From the NCBI GenBank assembly GCA_040755995.1, contig JBFMAF010000005.1:1-54733 (forward strand): a stretch of 54,733 nucleotides of DNA, in the 5' to 3' direction. A program made the translations under genes and the position numbers. Each line of letters begins with the position of its first letter. The first letter of the stretch is position 1. The notes under the pieces were generated by a model. That model was not told the origin of the DNA. It saw only the letters and a list, made by a program, of their open reading frames with translations, and searched no databases. Of the stretch, positions 38,401-47,014 are shown piece by piece. The DNA is from Acidobacteriota bacterium (GTDB taxonomy: Bacteria; Acidobacteriota; CAIWXX01).

Positions 38401-39205
38401 TGTTGTGGAAGAAGAGGTTCAGCATGCGGGTCCATAGCACCTCGTACGCCAGCGAGCAGAATCCCGCCAGACCACTGCCCAACAACACGAGATTCACGGT
38501 TGCCTGGGGCAGCGCAAGCGCCTCCTCGCCCGGGGCCTTCTTGGCCCGCCGAGGGGGGACCGAATCCTCCATCCACATCCTGCCCGCACAAAGCCAGGCC
38601 GAGACAGCCACGCCGAGATTGAGGGCGACTCCGACCCACGTCGTCACCCTCATGCCCACGGTTCCCAGCAGCCAGAAGCCGCTGACGACAGTGCCCGCCA
38701 TCGCTCCCGCCGTGTTCAGACCGTACAACCTCCCGACACGCCTGCCCAGGCCTGATCCGGCCGAGTGTACGTATTTCACCAGCACCGGCAGAGTCCCACC
38801 CATCAGGAAGGTGGGCACGAGAATCAAACCGAAGCACAGCAGAAACCTGATCAGATTGATCGCGGGCAGGTTGCCGGAAAACGACTGATATGCGCTGGTG
38901 TATAGAGGCGTGAGCCAGACCTGAAACTGCGGGAAGACCAACGCGAAGACGCCGATGCCTGCCTCCAGGACGGCATATAGGTGCAACAACGACCGCGGCA
39001 GTGCGTCGACATAGCGGCCCAGGGTATAGCTGCCGAGTGCCAGACCGGCCATGAAGGCGCTCAGCACAGTGCTGGTTGCCAGCATTGTGTTGCCGAAAAC
39101 GAGAATCAACATGCGAGTCCAAACAACCTGGTAGATCAGCCCAGCCGCACCCGACAACAGAAACAAGACAGCGATGATGATTTCGATCCGATTCCACTTC
39201 CTCAT
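35495..39205 (-). CDS. fused multi-TM / spermidine-synthase-like / TPR protein (1236 aa)
   Basis: SGAAGLIYQVVW and LAYEVLWTR TM repeats, LYGLNTAGA, IAFGAG, CAELNP, DGRNHL, IVSDATNP, LYTREFY; C-terminal TPRs. Confidence 0.9.
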   Translation of the reverse strand: MRKWNRIEIIIAVLFLLSGAAGLIYQVVWTRMLILVFGNTMLATSTVLSAFMAGLALGSYTLGRYVDALPRSLLHLYAVLEAGIGVFALVFPQFQVWLTPLYTSAYQSFSGNLPAINLIRFLLCFGLILVPTFLMGGTLPVLVKYVHSAGSGLGRRVGRLYGLNTAGAMAGTVVSGFWLLGTVGMRVTTWVGVALNLGVAVSAWLCAGRMWMEDSVPPRRAKKAPGEEALALPQATVNLVLLGSGLAGFCSLAYEVLWTRMLNLFFHNTVFSFTTILATFLAGIALGSLLYARWLSSWDRPAVLFVACEAGIGVLSYATPFVFDLLYQPVFAQSGQLYTVLKAGLIMVAPATLMGIALPLAVQICQRGPSREGQSVGRVYAINTVGSILGSFAAGFILLPHLGIVKSIVCLATLNILAGLLVIGSLPSRRTRWAAIAPLGLFAAAIIAFTPPELFRRIHAKSQPDADILCYQEGRIANVTVYDFYKEGYKDLYLNGIEEASSRLWHVQLFKMLGVLPAIMHPNPDDALMIAFGAGMSAGACAGEVSSLECAELNPDVQQEGRIFAVENLRVLDNPKLELTFNDGRNHLLLTPKKYSLIVSDATNPVAFDSWTLYTREFYELCKSKLRDGGVFCQWIPIPLPGDSLQVILKSFQSVFPHASFWSIYGCSQCLMLGTPERLQIDYQEISRRLPATLKRSELDAYGVDTTEKFLSFFMLGEDELRRYLRDTVRMNTDDLPLAQFHARIFDPEGIQASVDLLKNQTTIAPYLKNMPVDRTAVLRRLADYQFVSEKLNLGYFLQSDNQFKLAEIYVEEANMPKDANIASVLSYDWVRRDYFVSRVRKFPDDANAQNTLGFLLWQNGDLPGALLHLRRAVQLKPDFVQAWVNLTTVEIDSGEYESATANLLALRKKCPSGRVLQLARSDLNIIRLLRRVTFGASDPDVYRALGDALRESGLLPQAFRAYRSAAALGHEDPKFLLPLAGFLEAGDFLRPAVDIYKEVLQRQPDRQDLADKIRFLESMERDPQARLAWMEEKIKPAEQSDQHPEGCLRAFKAWNDFPFGGTIAASQLREAAREFDQVTGENPQHMHAYSDAAQIYEYLGEYRLAAERWRQGLAASPGNRLANIQAQRLDVLAAGAPPNSTGSQAAGWYNQAGVSYWQAGEPEEAVVYLKKALALDPGNAEVLANLGANYIETGQFREAVRCLEDALRASPDLQYAPRIQQSLEWLRSVVGSQVS

Positions 39206-39250
39206 CTACTCAACCAATCCCTCTCGATGAAATCCGCCCAAGGTCCGTGT

Positions 39251-39279
39251 ATCGTAGATTCCGGCGCGCCAAACGTCAA
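39251..39279 (-). promoter_or_regulatory. sigma70-type promoter for the spermidine-synthase fusion gene
   Basis: TTGACG-17 bp-TACGAT on the minus strand. Confidence 0.55.
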
Positions 39280-39360
39280 CCGAACGGAAGAGCCCCGGGG
39301 TGATCGTTTGCCCTTGGTGGGTCACCACTGCCTCCAGCCAGCTACCGGCGGGAAGTCATC

Positions 39361-39436
39361 CACAGATTGCGCTAATTGAACTGATTACGCAGATGAGAAT
39401 GGAGACGGGACCACCTCTGCGAAATCCCTGAAATCA
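39361..39436. repeat. degenerate nonamer tandem/inverted repeat (CGCAGATTN-like)
   Basis: cacagattg cgctaattg aactgatta cgcagatga at 39361-39396; inverted partial copies at 39414-39436. Confidence 0.5.
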
Positions 39437-39438
39437 AA

Positions 39439-39470
39439 AGAAAAGCCCCGCCTTGCGGCGGGGCTTTTCT
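39439..39470 (-). terminator. Rho-independent terminator (potentially bidirectional)
   Basis: Perfect inverted repeat AGAAAAGCCCCGCC-N4-GGCGGGGCTTTTCT; GCAA loop and T-tract on the minus strand, 25 bp after the protease stop. Confidence 0.9.
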
Positions 39471-39494
39471 GGCGAACCTCTCGGATGACTAGGC

Positions 39495-41495
39495 TCAGTA
39501 GCCCTGGAACTCGTAGACGGTGTAGTAGTAGGAGTTCTTCACCGTCATCCTCAGTCGGATATACTGGGCGCTCCACGCGGTCGAGTAATTGATCGTCTTC
39601 CAGCCGCCTGAAGTATTCCCTGTGCTCGACGTCTTTGTGACCCACGAGCTGCCGTTCCAGTAGTCGATGTAGTAGCTCTTCGGGAAGTTGGTCGTGCTGA
39701 ATTGCATCTTGATCTGGGTGATCGACTGCGAAGAGCCCATGTCTACGTATGCCCAGTGGGTGGTGGACGAGCTCATATACGGGGATACCCAGTAGGTGCT
39801 GGAGCTGCCGTCGACCATGTTGCTGGGCGGGTAGGTCGTGGCGTTGTAAGAGCCAGACACTGTGACCGGCTTGTTCAGGAACTTGTTCGAGGCGGGTGCA
39901 GTATAGGTCGCCGTCAGCGAGCAGCCCGAGTATGAGGTGTACCCGTAGATTCCAATGTACCAGTCGCCCGAGGCCGGATTGCTGATGGTGATGGTCTCGG
40001 CGGTGGTCGAGCCCTCAGACTTGTAGTCGTAGCTGGACGTGGTCGGCGAGGAGCCGCGCTTCACGTAGAGGTCGGCGTCTCCCGACCCGCCGCTGGTTAC
40101 GACCTTCAGCTGACTCTGGCTGGCCGGCACCGCGATCTTGTAGTGGTTCCAGCTTCCCGACGAGCCGCTGATGTTGGATACCACCTGCCCGTTGGTGATG
40201 GTCGTGACGCCGCCGCCGGACGAAGTCACAGTCAGGCTCAGGTTGGCCGTGGACGTGAGGCCGCCGCCCGAGGCCGTAACGGTGATGGTATAGGTCCCGG
40301 CCGTCGCCGTACCGGCACTGACCGTCATCGTCGAGCTGCCGCCGCCCGGGGCCGCTATGGATGTCGGGCTGAAGGAAACTGATGCGCCGGTGGGCACGCC
40401 CGAGGCCGAGAGCGAGACTGCGGAATTGAAGCCGCCGCCGACGGTCGTGGTCGCCGTGACGCTGCCCGAGGAGCTCTGTGCCACCGTGAGCGTGGAGCTG
40501 CTCAGAGCGAGGCTGAGGGTCGGGGTCTGCGTGGAGCCGCTGTAGATCACGTAGTTGGCGGCATACCCGATCTTCTGGACCCCGTACTTGATCCTCATGT
40601 AGCCGCTTTCGCCCCAGCCGGTGCCCCAGCTGTTCTTCATTATCCAGTATCCGTCCGTGCCGCCGTTATCGTCCCATCCGACCAGGACTATGGCGTGGTT
40701 CGGATTGCCACTGGCATTGCGGGTGAATATCCCGCTGGTGTAAGCCTGGAAATAGCTATCGGCATACACAGCTACCGATATTGGGCCGTACGTGTAGATC
40801 GCGTTCTTGATCTGATCTACCGTCGGCACTCCGGAGGCAGATCCAACGTAGTACCAGTTGTCCAGCTTGTACGGATGGGCACAGCTTGTGTTGCAGGATC
40901 CGGTGGTCCCGCTGGAACCGGACGTGTATGGGGCGCAACTTTCAAGGACGGCGCCGGGGTTGACGTGCATGTCGTTGGCGTCGAAGAAGCCTCCGCCGCA
41001 GTCATAGCCGTAGCTGTTGCAATTCAGCATGTTCTGCTCCGACAGATCCACCGTCGTCGCATCCTTGATTCGGATAGCGGCTTCGAAGGCGCCGCACATG
41101 GCGAAGGCCCAGCAGCTTCCGCAGTTCGCCTGATCCTTGACCGAGGTGACGCCATTCGACGAACGCCAATCAAAGGCCGTAGGCAGACCCTCCATGGGCG
41201 GAACAGTGTTCTCGATCCACCCCTGCGATGCCGCCTTCGCGGCACTGAATCCGCACAGTTCTTCCAGCGTGTGCTTCATGGCGGGGTTGCAGCCGACATC
41301 GAACTTGTGACCCCTGCGCTTGAGCTCAGTGCGCATCTTGTCGAGCTGATCCTTCCACTTGTTGCACCAGGCCGATGAGTCGTTTTCCGGACGATCGCTC
41401 GCCTGGACCTGAGTCAGGGCAGGCAAAAGCAGGAACGCGAACACCACGGCCGCTGCACCGAACGCGAACACGAACCTCTTCGGAGACTTCCTCAT
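39495..41495 (-). CDS. secreted papain-family (C1A) cysteine protease with Ser/Thr-rich Ig-like, PPC and discoidin (F5/8) domains
   Basis: DQANCGSCWAF, LSEQ, NHAIVLVGW, KNSWG; GGSGDADLYVK (PPC); NMVDGSSSTYW...YIRL...EFQ (F5/8). Confidence 0.93.
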   Translation of the reverse strand: MRKSPKRFVFAFGAAAVVFAFLLLPALTQVQASDRPENDSSAWCNKWKDQLDKMRTELKRRGHKFDVGCNPAMKHTLEELCGFSAAKAASQGWIENTVPPMEGLPTAFDWRSSNGVTSVKDQANCGSCWAFAMCGAFEAAIRIKDATTVDLSEQNMLNCNSYGYDCGGGFFDANDMHVNPGAVLESCAPYTSGSSGTTGSCNTSCAHPYKLDNWYYVGSASGVPTVDQIKNAIYTYGPISVAVYADSYFQAYTSGIFTRNASGNPNHAIVLVGWDDNGGTDGYWIMKNSWGTGWGESGYMRIKYGVQKIGYAANYVIYSGSTQTPTLSLALSSSTLTVAQSSSGSVTATTTVGGGFNSAVSLSASGVPTGASVSFSPTSIAAPGGGSSTMTVSAGTATAGTYTITVTASGGGLTSTANLSLTVTSSGGGVTTITNGQVVSNISGSSGSWNHYKIAVPASQSQLKVVTSGGSGDADLYVKRGSSPTTSSYDYKSEGSTTAETITISNPASGDWYIGIYGYTSYSGCSLTATYTAPASNKFLNKPVTVSGSYNATTYPPSNMVDGSSSTYWVSPYMSSSTTHWAYVDMGSSQSITQIKMQFSTTNFPKSYYIDYWNGSSWVTKTSSTGNTSGGWKTINYSTAWSAQYIRLRMTVKNSYYYTVYEFQGY

Positions 41496-41994
41496 TTAAT
41501 CAATCCTCCTCTTCGGCGAAAAATGGGTCTCGTTCTATGAGGCGTGTGACGACGTGAAGCCCGCCAAGCCGGCCCGTTCGCTGAACGGAACCTCCTGCCA
41601 GGCAGTTCATATCCATGGTTGGCGGAATGCATCTCTCGAGGACGGTTATTGGATTTTGTAATTACGGACGAGTTCTGATTTTCCTCACCCCCACTCTAAT
41701 AACGAGGATGCCAGCTCCGAGAATGAAAAAAAACCTATATTCTTGCGACTACCCATCCCGCCTCCAACCGGCAGCAGCAACGGCGCACGAACGGGGACCC
41801 TTCGCCTTCTCCCGAAGTGCCTCCGTGACCGTGGCTGAACCGCTTCCTGAATAGGGGAAACTGGACGCCCGCGGGTTCCCGAAGGGGAAGCCTCCTCCAC
41901 GTCCTGCCGTTCACCGGCGCGGGACCGCCGTTGGCCGAAAAATGCTGGCTGCGGTCAGGCGGGGTCCGTATAGTTGTGGTGTGAGGAGATCAAG

Positions 41995-42885
41995 ATGATA
42001 CGGATTCGAGAATTGCGGAAGAGCTACGGAGCGATCCGGGCGGTGGATGGGATCTCGCTTGAGTTCAAGCCGGGCGAGACTCTTGGCCTGCTCGGCCCGA
42101 ACGGGGCCGGCAAGACCACAATAATTCATATCCTGATCGGCGCGACCCGCGCCGACTCCGGATCGATCGAGTTGGACGGCGTGCCCGATCCGCGCGTCGT
42201 AGACGCCCGCAGGTGGATCGGGCTGGCACCGCAGGTGCTGTCGCTTTACGGCGAGCTCACGGCCGAGGAGAACCTGCGCTTCTTTGGTCGTCTCTATGGG
42301 CTCTCCGGAAAGCGCCTCGAAGAGCGCGTGGGGTGGGCGCTGGAGCTGGCCGGACTGGCGGATCGCCGGGGAGATCGTGTGGACAAGTACTCGGGCGGGA
42401 TGGCGCGGCGCCTGAACCTGGCATGCGCGATCGTGCACGACCCGCCGTTCCTGCTGCTGGACGAGCCCACAGTCGGTGTCGACCCGCAGTCGCGCAATCA
42501 CATTTTCGAAAAGATCGAGGCGCTGAAGCGTGACGGGCGCACAATTCTCTACACGACGCACTACATGGAGGAAGCGCAGCGGCTGTGCGATCGCGTGGCC
42601 ATCATGGACCATGGCAGGATTCTGGCCCTGGGCACGGTGAACGATCTCATCCGTGAGTACGGCGGCCGGTCGGTGGTCGAGGCAGTTCTTGTAAGGCTGC
42701 CGGCGCCTTCGGTCGCCTTGCCGGGCACGCTCGACGGGCTCCGCCTGCGGTTCGAGACGGAGCGACCGCTGGAAGACGTCGCGCGGCTCACAGCCGGCGG
42801 AGTCGAGTTCGCCATGCTTAACGTGCACCGTCCGGATCTCGAAACGGTCTTCCTCGCGCTTACTGGAAGGAGGCTTCGCGACTGA
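41995..42885 (+). CDS. ABC-2 type exporter ATP-binding protein
   Basis: GPNGAGKTT, YSGGMARR, LLDEPTVGVD, TTHYMEEA. Confidence 0.95.
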   Translation: MIRIRELRKSYGAIRAVDGISLEFKPGETLGLLGPNGAGKTTIIHILIGATRADSGSIELDGVPDPRVVDARRWIGLAPQVLSLYGELTAEENLRFFGRLYGLSGKRLEERVGWALELAGLADRRGDRVDKYSGGMARRLNLACAIVHDPPFLLLDEPTVGVDPQSRNHIFEKIEALKRDGRTILYTTHYMEEAQRLCDRVAIMDHGRILALGTVNDLIREYGGRSVVEAVLVRLPAPSVALPGTLDGLRLRFETERPLEDVARLTAGGVEFAMLNVHRPDLETVFLALTGRRLRD

Positions 42886-44144
42886 TGCGCACCATTGCTA
42901 CACTCGCACTCAAGGACCTGCGGATCCTGGCTCGCGACAAATCCGCGCTGTTCTGGGTCGTCGTCTTCCCACTGCTGATGGCGGTTCTGTTCGGAGCGAT
43001 GTTCGGGGGCGGTGGCGGGCGCGAACGCGCGAAGATGAAGATCGGGCTCGTGGACGAAGACAACAGCAAGGAATCGCGGGCGTTCGCCGAACAGATAGGA
43101 GCATCCGACTCGCTGGCAGTCGTCCCCACGAGCCGTCAGGAAGGGCTCGACGATGTCCGTCGTGGCAAGCTCACGGCGTGCCTCATCCTGCTCAAGGGCT
43201 TCAGCCGTTCCATGCCTGTGTTCACCGACCGGCCCGCCTACGAGGTCGGGATCGATCCGTCGCGGACCGCCGAGGCCGGGTTCCTGCAAGGGCTGTTGAT
43301 ACAGGCGATGTTCTCCAGGATGACCGAGCGCATGGCCGACCCGGCCGACTCCTCGGCTATGATCGCCCAACTCACCGCCGATCTGTGTAACGAACCGGGG
43401 CTCTCAGCCGTCCAGAGAGATGCGCTCACCTCGTTCATGCGCGAGGGAGCTCGGTTCTTCGGCACTCTCGCCCCGGAGCTGGCGAAAGGGAAAGCCCCGT
43501 TCGGGAAGATGCCGACGGTTCCCGTCACGCGCGATGCGCGGATGCCGACAAGCGGCTATCAGATTTCGTTCCCCCAGGCACTGCTGTGGGGCCTGATCGG
43601 GTCGGTCATCACATTCGCCGTCTCTATCGTTCGTGAAAGGACTCTGGGGACTCTATTGCGCCTACGCGTAGCGCCAATTCCGCACATCATGATTCTGGCA
43701 GGGAAGGCCGCGGCCTGCGCGACGACCTGTGTGCTGGTCGCAACCGCGCTGCTCTTGATCGGCATCGCGGCCTTCGGCCTCCGCGTCTACTCCCCTCTTA
43801 CGCTCGTCCTTGTAGTCGGCTGCGCCGCCACGTGTTTCACCGGAATCATGATGCTGCTCTCGGTTCTCGGCAGGACGGAGCAGGCGGTGGGCGGATCGAG
43901 CTCAGGCGTCACGATCATCATGGCGATGTTCGGCGGGGGCATGATTCCGCTGTTCATCATGCCGGGATGGATGCAGGCCGCGAGCAACTTCAGCCCGGGC
44001 AAGTGGGCGGTGCTGGCGTTCGAGGGCGCGCTGTGGCGCCAGTTCACTCCGGCCGAGATGCTCGTGCCCTGCACGGTGCTGGTCGCGGTAGGCGCGCTCA
44101 GTTTCGCGGCCGGCGCGCTTCGTCTTAGACACATGGATGCATGA
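42885..44144 (+). CDS. ABC-2 type exporter permease
   Basis: One N-terminal TM, large periplasmic loop, ERTLGTLLRL...P, five C-terminal TMs; coupled to the ATPase gene. Confidence 0.92.
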   Translation: MRTIATLALKDLRILARDKSALFWVVVFPLLMAVLFGAMFGGGGGRERAKMKIGLVDEDNSKESRAFAEQIGASDSLAVVPTSRQEGLDDVRRGKLTACLILLKGFSRSMPVFTDRPAYEVGIDPSRTAEAGFLQGLLIQAMFSRMTERMADPADSSAMIAQLTADLCNEPGLSAVQRDALTSFMREGARFFGTLAPELAKGKAPFGKMPTVPVTRDARMPTSGYQISFPQALLWGLIGSVITFAVSIVRERTLGTLLRLRVAPIPHIMILAGKAAACATTCVLVATALLLIGIAAFGLRVYSPLTLVLVVGCAATCFTGIMMLLSVLGRTEQAVGGSSSGVTIIMAMFGGGMIPLFIMPGWMQAASNFSPGKWAVLAFEGALWRQFTPAEMLVPCTVLVAVGALSFAAGALRLRHMDA

Positions 44145-44167
44145 ATCTCCCCTGAGGTGAAGCTGAA

Positions 44168-44851
44168 ATGAAAACACACTCATTGAACCGGCTCCTGTTG
44201 GGGCTTCTCGCCCTCGGCGTTGGAGTAACGCTCCTTCTCGGGAATCTCGACCTGGTCAATGTTTCGCGCGTGATACACAATTGGCCGGCAGTCCTCGTGG
44301 CAGCGGGCTTGATGAAGCTGTACCGCGCGCCGCGGTCGGGAGCGTGGGGGAGCGCTGTCGTTCTCACGCTCATCGGCGCCTGGCTCCTCCTCAACCACCA
44401 CGGCCTCCTCCGCTTCGACTGGGGCCTGCTCTGGCCCCTGCTCCTGGTGGTCATCGGCGGAATCCTCGTCGTCGGCGCTGCAACAGGCCGGAGGATGTTT
44501 CTCAGTGTGGTCACCGACGCCGGCTCCGAGGTAGACGGATTCGCTATCATGGGCGGACTTGAGAAACGCTGCACGTCGAGGTCGTTCCGAGGCGGCGATC
44601 TGCTGGCGGCTATGGGCGGGGTCGACCTGGACCTGCGCGATTCGTCGATCGCCGGCTCAGAAGCACAGATCGACGCGCTGGCCTTCTGGGGCGGAGTCGA
44701 GATCAGGGTGCCGCAGGACTGGGAGGTCGTCCTCAGCGGAGTGCCCATCATGGGCGGGGTCGAGGACAAGACGCGCCGCACGGGGCCCGCCCGCGGCCGC
44801 CTCGTCGTGCGCGGTGTGGCGATCATGGGCGGCGTCGAGGTCAAGAACTGA
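44168..44851 (+). CDS. LiaF-like membrane protein (TM region plus DUF2154-type beta domain)
   Basis: Four TMs with WP motifs; repeated AIMGG/AFWGG beta motifs. Confidence 0.85.
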   Translation: MKTHSLNRLLLGLLALGVGVTLLLGNLDLVNVSRVIHNWPAVLVAAGLMKLYRAPRSGAWGSAVVLTLIGAWLLLNHHGLLRFDWGLLWPLLLVVIGGILVVGAATGRRMFLSVVTDAGSEVDGFAIMGGLEKRCTSRSFRGGDLLAAMGGVDLDLRDSSIAGSEAQIDALAFWGGVEIRVPQDWEVVLSGVPIMGGVEDKTRRTGPARGRLVVRGVAIMGGVEVKN

Positions 44852-44907
44852 GCGCGCCTGCGCGCAGTGCCGTGTCCCGGCGGGTGACCCCGTGATAAAC
44901 TGACGGC

Positions 44908-45975
44908 ATGCACCCGATCTTCTCCGAGCCCCGGCGGCTCATATCGTATCTGCTTGCGTGGCTGCCGGCTGGGCTTCTCCTGGCGCTGCCGTTCGCCCGC
45001 GCGGAAGGAGGCACACCGAAGGAGGCGCTGCTTGTCGCTCTGCCGCTCTCCGCGCTCTCCGCCTTCATCTGCCTGGCCGCGTGGTACCCGTGCAAGGCGC
45101 TCCCTCTCCGGGAGACGTCCATATCTCGCCTCGTCGTCGCCTTTGCCGGCGCGGCGGCGTTCTCCTGCGTCATCTGGATATTCTTCGGCTGGCAATGGGT
45201 GATGCGGCTGTCCGGATTGGAAGGCATGGAGTTCGCGCCCAGCAGGTTCGCTCGACAGCTCCCGCTCCTGGCCGCCACGGGCCTGCTGCTGTTCCTTCTG
45301 TCGGCCGCGGTCCACTACGTCCTGATCGCTGTGGGCGAGAGCCACCGCGCCGAAAAGCGGGCGCTCGAGCTAGACCTGCTCGCCCGCGAAGCGCAGCTCC
45401 AATCGCTGCGCGCACAGGTCAACCCGCATTTCCTCTTCAACGTGCTGAACTCGATCACGGCGCTCATCACAGCCGATCCCGCGCGCGCGCGGCAGATGTG
45501 CGTTCTGCTGTCGGACTTCCTGCGCCTGAGCCTGCGCGCAGGAGAGCGCGAGAGGCACCCGCTCGATGAGGAGATCGCTCTGGCGGCGGGCTATCTGGCG
45601 GTCGAGCAGATACGCTTCGGCCGGCGGCTAAAGGTGGAGGCGTGGATCGACAGGTCGGCGGGGCAGGTGCTCATACCGCCGCTTCTGTTGCAGCCGCTCG
45701 TGGAGAACGCCGTGAAGCACGGCATCTCCCATCTGCTCGATGGTGGGAACGTTCGGATTCGCGCCGGAGTTCAGACCGGCCGGCTCAAGGTGGAGATCAG
45801 CAACCCGTGCGACCCCGAGCGGCCGCGGGCCTCCGGCGGCGGCATCGGCCTGGAGAATGTGCGCCGGCGGCTGCAGTCGGCATTCGGTGAAGACGCGCGC
45901 CTCGATATACAGGCGAAGCCCGATTCGTTCGAAGCCGTCGTCTATGTCCCGATTTCGCAGGGAGACCCGCCTTGA
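44908..45975 (+). CDS. LytS/YehU-family sensor histidine kinase
   Basis: AQVNPHFLFNVLN, LLQPLVENAVKHG, GIGLENVRRRL. Confidence 0.95.
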   Translation: MHPIFSEPRRLISYLLAWLPAGLLLALPFARAEGGTPKEALLVALPLSALSAFICLAAWYPCKALPLRETSISRLVVAFAGAAAFSCVIWIFFGWQWVMRLSGLEGMEFAPSRFARQLPLLAATGLLLFLLSAAVHYVLIAVGESHRAEKRALELDLLAREAQLQSLRAQVNPHFLFNVLNSITALITADPARARQMCVLLSDFLRLSLRAGERERHPLDEEIALAAGYLAVEQIRFGRRLKVEAWIDRSAGQVLIPPLLLQPLVENAVKHGISHLLDGGNVRIRAGVQTGRLKVEISNPCDPERPRASGGGIGLENVRRRLQSAFGEDARLDIQAKPDSFEAVVYVPISQGDPP

Positions 45976-46715
45976 GCGAGACGTTGCGCGTCGCTATCGT
46001 GGATGACGAGGAGCCGGCGCGCCTGCTCGTGCGGGAGCTTCTGGCCTCCTGTCCGGATGTGGAGGTCATCGCCGAGTGCACCAATGGCTTCGAGGCCGTG
46101 AAGGTCGCGACGGAGCTGCATCCGGACCTGCTGCTGCTCGACATCCAGATGCCGAAGCTGGACGGGTTCGAGGTGATCGAGCTGCTCGGCGGCAGCCAGC
46201 ACGTCATCTTCATTACGGCGTACGATACCTATGCGATCCGGGCGTTCGAGGCGAACGCGATAGACTACCTGCTCAAGCCTTTCACAACCGAGCGTCTCCG
46301 ATCGGCGATCGACCGGGCGCGCGATCACATTCTGCGTCACGAACCTCTGCCGGTCGACAAGCTTCTCGGCTCGGCCCGGCCGGCGCAGGCATTTCTGCAA
46401 CGGATACTGGTGAGAGACGGCGCGGCCGTGACGATCATCCCCGCCGACTCGCTGGACTACGCCGACGCGCAGGACGACTATGTCGGGCTGCACTTCGGCG
46501 GCCGCACGGTGCTCAAGCAGCAGACGCTCTCCGATCTCGCCTCCGCACTCGATCCGGCGCGCTTCGTCCGCATACACCGGTCGTACGTGCTGAACATAGA
46601 GCGATTGCGCAAGCTGGAGCTCTACGCGAAAGACAGCCGGGAGGCGATTCTGGCCGACGGCACGAGGCTCCCCGTCAGCCGCTCGGGCTACCAGCGCCTG
46701 CAGGAGCTGCTTTGA
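45972..46715 (+). CDS. LytTR-family response regulator
   Basis: VDDE, LDIQMP, ITAYD, DYLLKP, FVRIHRSYVLN, PVSRSGY. Confidence 0.95.
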   Translation: MSETLRVAIVDDEEPARLLVRELLASCPDVEVIAECTNGFEAVKVATELHPDLLLLDIQMPKLDGFEVIELLGGSQHVIFITAYDTYAIRAFEANAIDYLLKPFTTERLRSAIDRARDHILRHEPLPVDKLLGSARPAQAFLQRILVRDGAAVTIIPADSLDYADAQDDYVGLHFGGRTVLKQQTLSDLASALDPARFVRIHRSYVLNIERLRKLELYAKDSREAILADGTRLPVSRSGYQRLQELL

Positions 46716-46923
46716 GCCTTCTTCCAGACCGGCCGCCGGGGCCGGGGCGCGCAAGGTCGCGATGAGCGAAGCGCCGCCCACGATCAACCGAACCAGGATG
46801 GATGACGATTGCCACGCGTCTTCTCCGGCTGTGTCATAGTGTTGCACGTCTCCCTCTGACTACTGTCTACGAGGCGTCGCGCGCGTCCCGGCTCCGCGAA
46901 GCTCGCCACCTTCGAGGTCCTTC

Positions 46924-46958
46924 TTGACACGCGGCTCAGGAGGTCCTACTCTGAGCCG
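46924..46958 (+). promoter_or_regulatory. sigma70 promoter for hisC with an overlapping inverted repeat
   Basis: TTGACA(46924)-17-TACTCT(46947); CGGCTCAG 46932-46939 / CTGAGCCG 46951-46958. Confidence 0.55.
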
Positions 46959-47014
46959 GTGCCTGAGATGAGACCAACCCGTGACAGCGCATCCCGGATG
47001 GGACAGCTTCCCTT

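Noticed and set aside
41500..41900. c-di-GMP or other riboswitch upstream of the protease
   Set aside because: No GGCAAA...GACGCAAA or other recognisable consensus found by eye; a cmscan would be needed.
46720..46847. Minus-strand signal-peptide-like start of the 45942-46847 ORF
   Set aside because: The remainder is antisense to the LytTR gene; at most a short relic.
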